From an uncultured Methylococcaceae bacterium (GTDB taxonomy: Bacteria > Pseudomonadota > Gammaproteobacteria > Methylococcales > UBA1147), in the NCBI GenBank assembly GCA_964528035.1, contig CAZGQY010000002.1:4531-68530 (forward strand): DNA of 64,000 nucleotides. Direction: 5' to 3'. The translations under genes were made by a program, and so were the position numbers. Below the pieces are notes generated by a model. It made no database searches. It saw nothing but the letters and a program-made list of their open reading frames with translations, and had not been told where the DNA came from. Below are positions 61,920 to 64,000 of this stretch, in pieces; the first letter of the stretch is position 1, and the number at the start of each line of letters is the position of its first letter.

Positions 61920-62629
61920 TCGATTGTGAACAATTTGAAAAATATTATTCTATAGATCCTAACGGTTTGGATACTGAGATGCTTGTCCACAAGGAAAACT
62001 GCAAGAAATGTTTGCAGACAGTTGAACAAATTCGAAAATTGGATCGACAAATCAGAGCTGCGCTGGAAGTTGAAGTGCCTGCTGATTTAGTACAGATGCT
62101 GACAAAACTTCCCGGACGAGGTTCGCGGCATGGCAAAGTGATACGGCAATCTATATTTGGTGGTTTTGCGTTGGCGGCTTCTTTTTTTCTAGGTGTTAGC
62201 CTGACCACTTATCGGTCTAATCAATCTGCCCCGCAACCATTAGAGCTACAACAGCTCGTGTATAACCATATCATTGGCAAGCCACAGGCATTAAATGCTT
62301 TGTTTCCTGTCAAGGAAGCGTTAATAAAGACTACATTAAAAGATTTTGGCGTGGCCTTAAAAAATCCTCTGGGTGATGTGTTACATATTACCCTGTGCCC
62401 GATTGCTGATACACACGGGCTGCATATCGTCATACAGGGAAAAACTGGCCCAGTGACATTGCTTTTTCTGCCGACAAAAACGATCCATAGTCGTGAAGGC
62501 TTTCATAAAGGTAGGTTTGCGGGGTACATAGAACCCGCGCCGACAGGGGTGATTGCAGTTGTTGGAGAGAAAGATGAACTGTTGGATGGAATTGAAGAGA
62601 TGGTGGAAAATTCTATAGAGTGGTTGTAA
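61916..62629 (+). CDS. Putative anti-sigma factor (DUF3379-like)
   Basis: Overlaps the sigma stop; H...C..C zinc-type N-terminus, one TM, HIVIQGKTGPVTLLFLP. Confidence 0.75.
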   Translation: MIDCEQFEKYYSIDPNGLDTEMLVHKENCKKCLQTVEQIRKLDRQIRAALEVEVPADLVQMLTKLPGRGSRHGKVIRQSIFGGFALAASFFLGVSLTTYRSNQSAPQPLELQQLVYNHIIGKPQALNALFPVKEALIKTTLKDFGVALKNPLGDVLHITLCPIADTHGLHIVIQGKTGPVTLLFLPTKTIHSREGFHKGRFAGYIEPAPTGVIAVVGEKDELLDGIEEMVENSIEWL

Positions 62630-63184
62630 TACTTTGCGGTTGTCTATTCTTGGGCTCTTTTATCAATAGAGCAGTTTATTGATTATCGTGATTCGAGCTT
62701 AATCGATGTAAATACTACCCCCAATCCTGCTATTGGAGGAAGTTTTCTGAATGACTGCAATTGAGAAATTCCAGTCGTTCGTAAATTTTATTGAAAAACG
62801 GGTTCGGGGCAGTTTCGGCCCCTTGCATTCAACAAAAGTGAATCTCCGCTACCCGTCGGTCACCGCTGCTGGGAGAAAGTAAGTTAGGCATTGTCTGTAC
62901 GGTCGGATATCAGCCAAGCGTATCATTGTTTCCATTCTATCGTGTGGCAATCAATGTTAGCGATGCTATTAACAAAAAATTTCTTACACTTCATGCTGTT
63001 GAGAAATGTTATTATAGAATGACATACTGGTGATGGGTGTAAGTTGAAGACAGGCAAGATCAACAACATTTTTCCACATAGGCTGTGAATGTTTTATTGC
63101 TTAAAAAATGAAAGTCGCGTTTCCGGCGCTGACTTTTATCTTGTATATAATACTGAGTGACAATCCTAATAGTGAAGAACATCC

Positions 63185-63769
63185 ATGATGAATTCCACAG
63201 TTCGCGACGATCAAGCAATGGTGCCCACTCGGCACCGGCTTACGGTGGAAGAATATCACTGTATGGGCGATGCGGGTATTTTTAGCGAGGATGACCGAGT
63301 CGAATTGATTGATGGTGAGCTGGTTGATATGGCCCCTATAGGAAGCCGGCACGCTTATATCGTTGATGTGCTTAATCGCCTGTTTGTGAAAAACGTCGCA
63401 CGAACACGTTTGGTCAGGGTGCAAAACCCCATTCAAATGGGCGATTTTGGCGAACCCGAACCCGATATCGCCATTGTGCATAATGCCGCCTATTTTGATC
63501 ATCATCCTCAAGCGAGTGACGTATTACTGATTATTGAAGTGGCAGAGACTTCTCTAGATTACGATCGAACCACCAAGCTACCTTTTTATGCACGGTATGG
63601 CGTTCCCGAAGTATGGATTATTGACCTGAATGGGAAAAGCTTAGTTCGTTATCGCAATCCCATAACCTCTGAACAAAAGTATCGAGAGGTTACCGATTTT
63701 CCTCAAGGAACGGTGGTGGCCGAGGAAATTACCGAGGTTGAGATTCGCATCGACACTTTGTGGCCTTAA
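63185..63769 (+). CDS. Uma2/DUF820-family endonuclease
   Basis: HRLTVEEYH, RVELIDGELVDMAPIG, EPEPDIAI, KLPFYARYGVPEVWIIDL. Confidence 0.92.
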   Translation: MMNSTVRDDQAMVPTRHRLTVEEYHCMGDAGIFSEDDRVELIDGELVDMAPIGSRHAYIVDVLNRLFVKNVARTRLVRVQNPIQMGDFGEPEPDIAIVHNAAYFDHHPQASDVLLIIEVAETSLDYDRTTKLPFYARYGVPEVWIIDLNGKSLVRYRNPITSEQKYREVTDFPQGTVVAEEITEVEIRIDTLWP

Positions 63770-64000
63770 AAGACGCGCAAAGAATGGAGGGCTGAGGGGG
63801 CAAGTATCATATTGACTGTTTTGTCCGATTGTTAAAAAATCGTCCAAAGGAATAAAAGGGTCGCGTCTTTTCTTTAATTGATAGAAATATAGCCTTGCTG
63901 AGAATAACACTCTACCGTGCTTGTCCTGCGGCGAAACAGCCTTTCATCAATTATCGTTCGCCGGCTTTGCAAATTTTAATGTCATGCGATCACTTTCTCC

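Noticed and set aside
1-64000. Many 60-180 aa ORFs antisense to or overlapping long genes
   Set aside because: Shadow ORFs of well-supported CDSs with no independent motifs.
1-64000. CRISPR arrays, tRNA and rRNA genes
   Set aside because: No regularly spaced short repeats or tRNA/rRNA signatures were seen by eye; tRNAscan-SE and cmscan would confirm.

Overview
Bacterial (probably gammaproteobacterial) DNA. The adjacent pfp and hppA genes, cydPABX, a PEP-CTERM gene and the priA/argS/SPOR block are consistent with a Methylococcales-like host, but this is inference. About 1-37.6 kb is an accessory island. It holds three heavy-metal RND systems (partial cusA, czcCBA with a frameshifted czcC, and a second TolC/cusB/cusA set), a Zn/Cd P1B-ATPase and arsR-arsC-acr3. 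It also has a defence block: a TIGR04255-type three-gene module, a type I RM system with an embedded VapBC pair, and a truncated Schlafen/AlbA_2 gene. The most unusual part is 2.86-10.6 kb. There a 276-bp direct repeat (6 mismatches between copies) brackets about 7.2 kb of cargo, and a third, diverged, inverted copy sits just upstream of a 208-aa tyrosine recombinase. The cargo includes integron-type attC cassettes with no intI, a family of short palindromic sites, and an operon of secreted proteins. The 38-43 kb region has two convergent signalling genes broken at one shared point, an OmpR-family regulator and an IS6 remnant. From 43 to 64 kb the content is mostly housekeeping: cydPABX, an ICL/PEPM-family enzyme, hppA, pfp, an SSS transporter, argS, priA, HNH, ECF sigma/anti-sigma and Uma2. 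I found no rRNA, tRNA or CRISPR array. All family assignments come from motif recognition; no database search was run.
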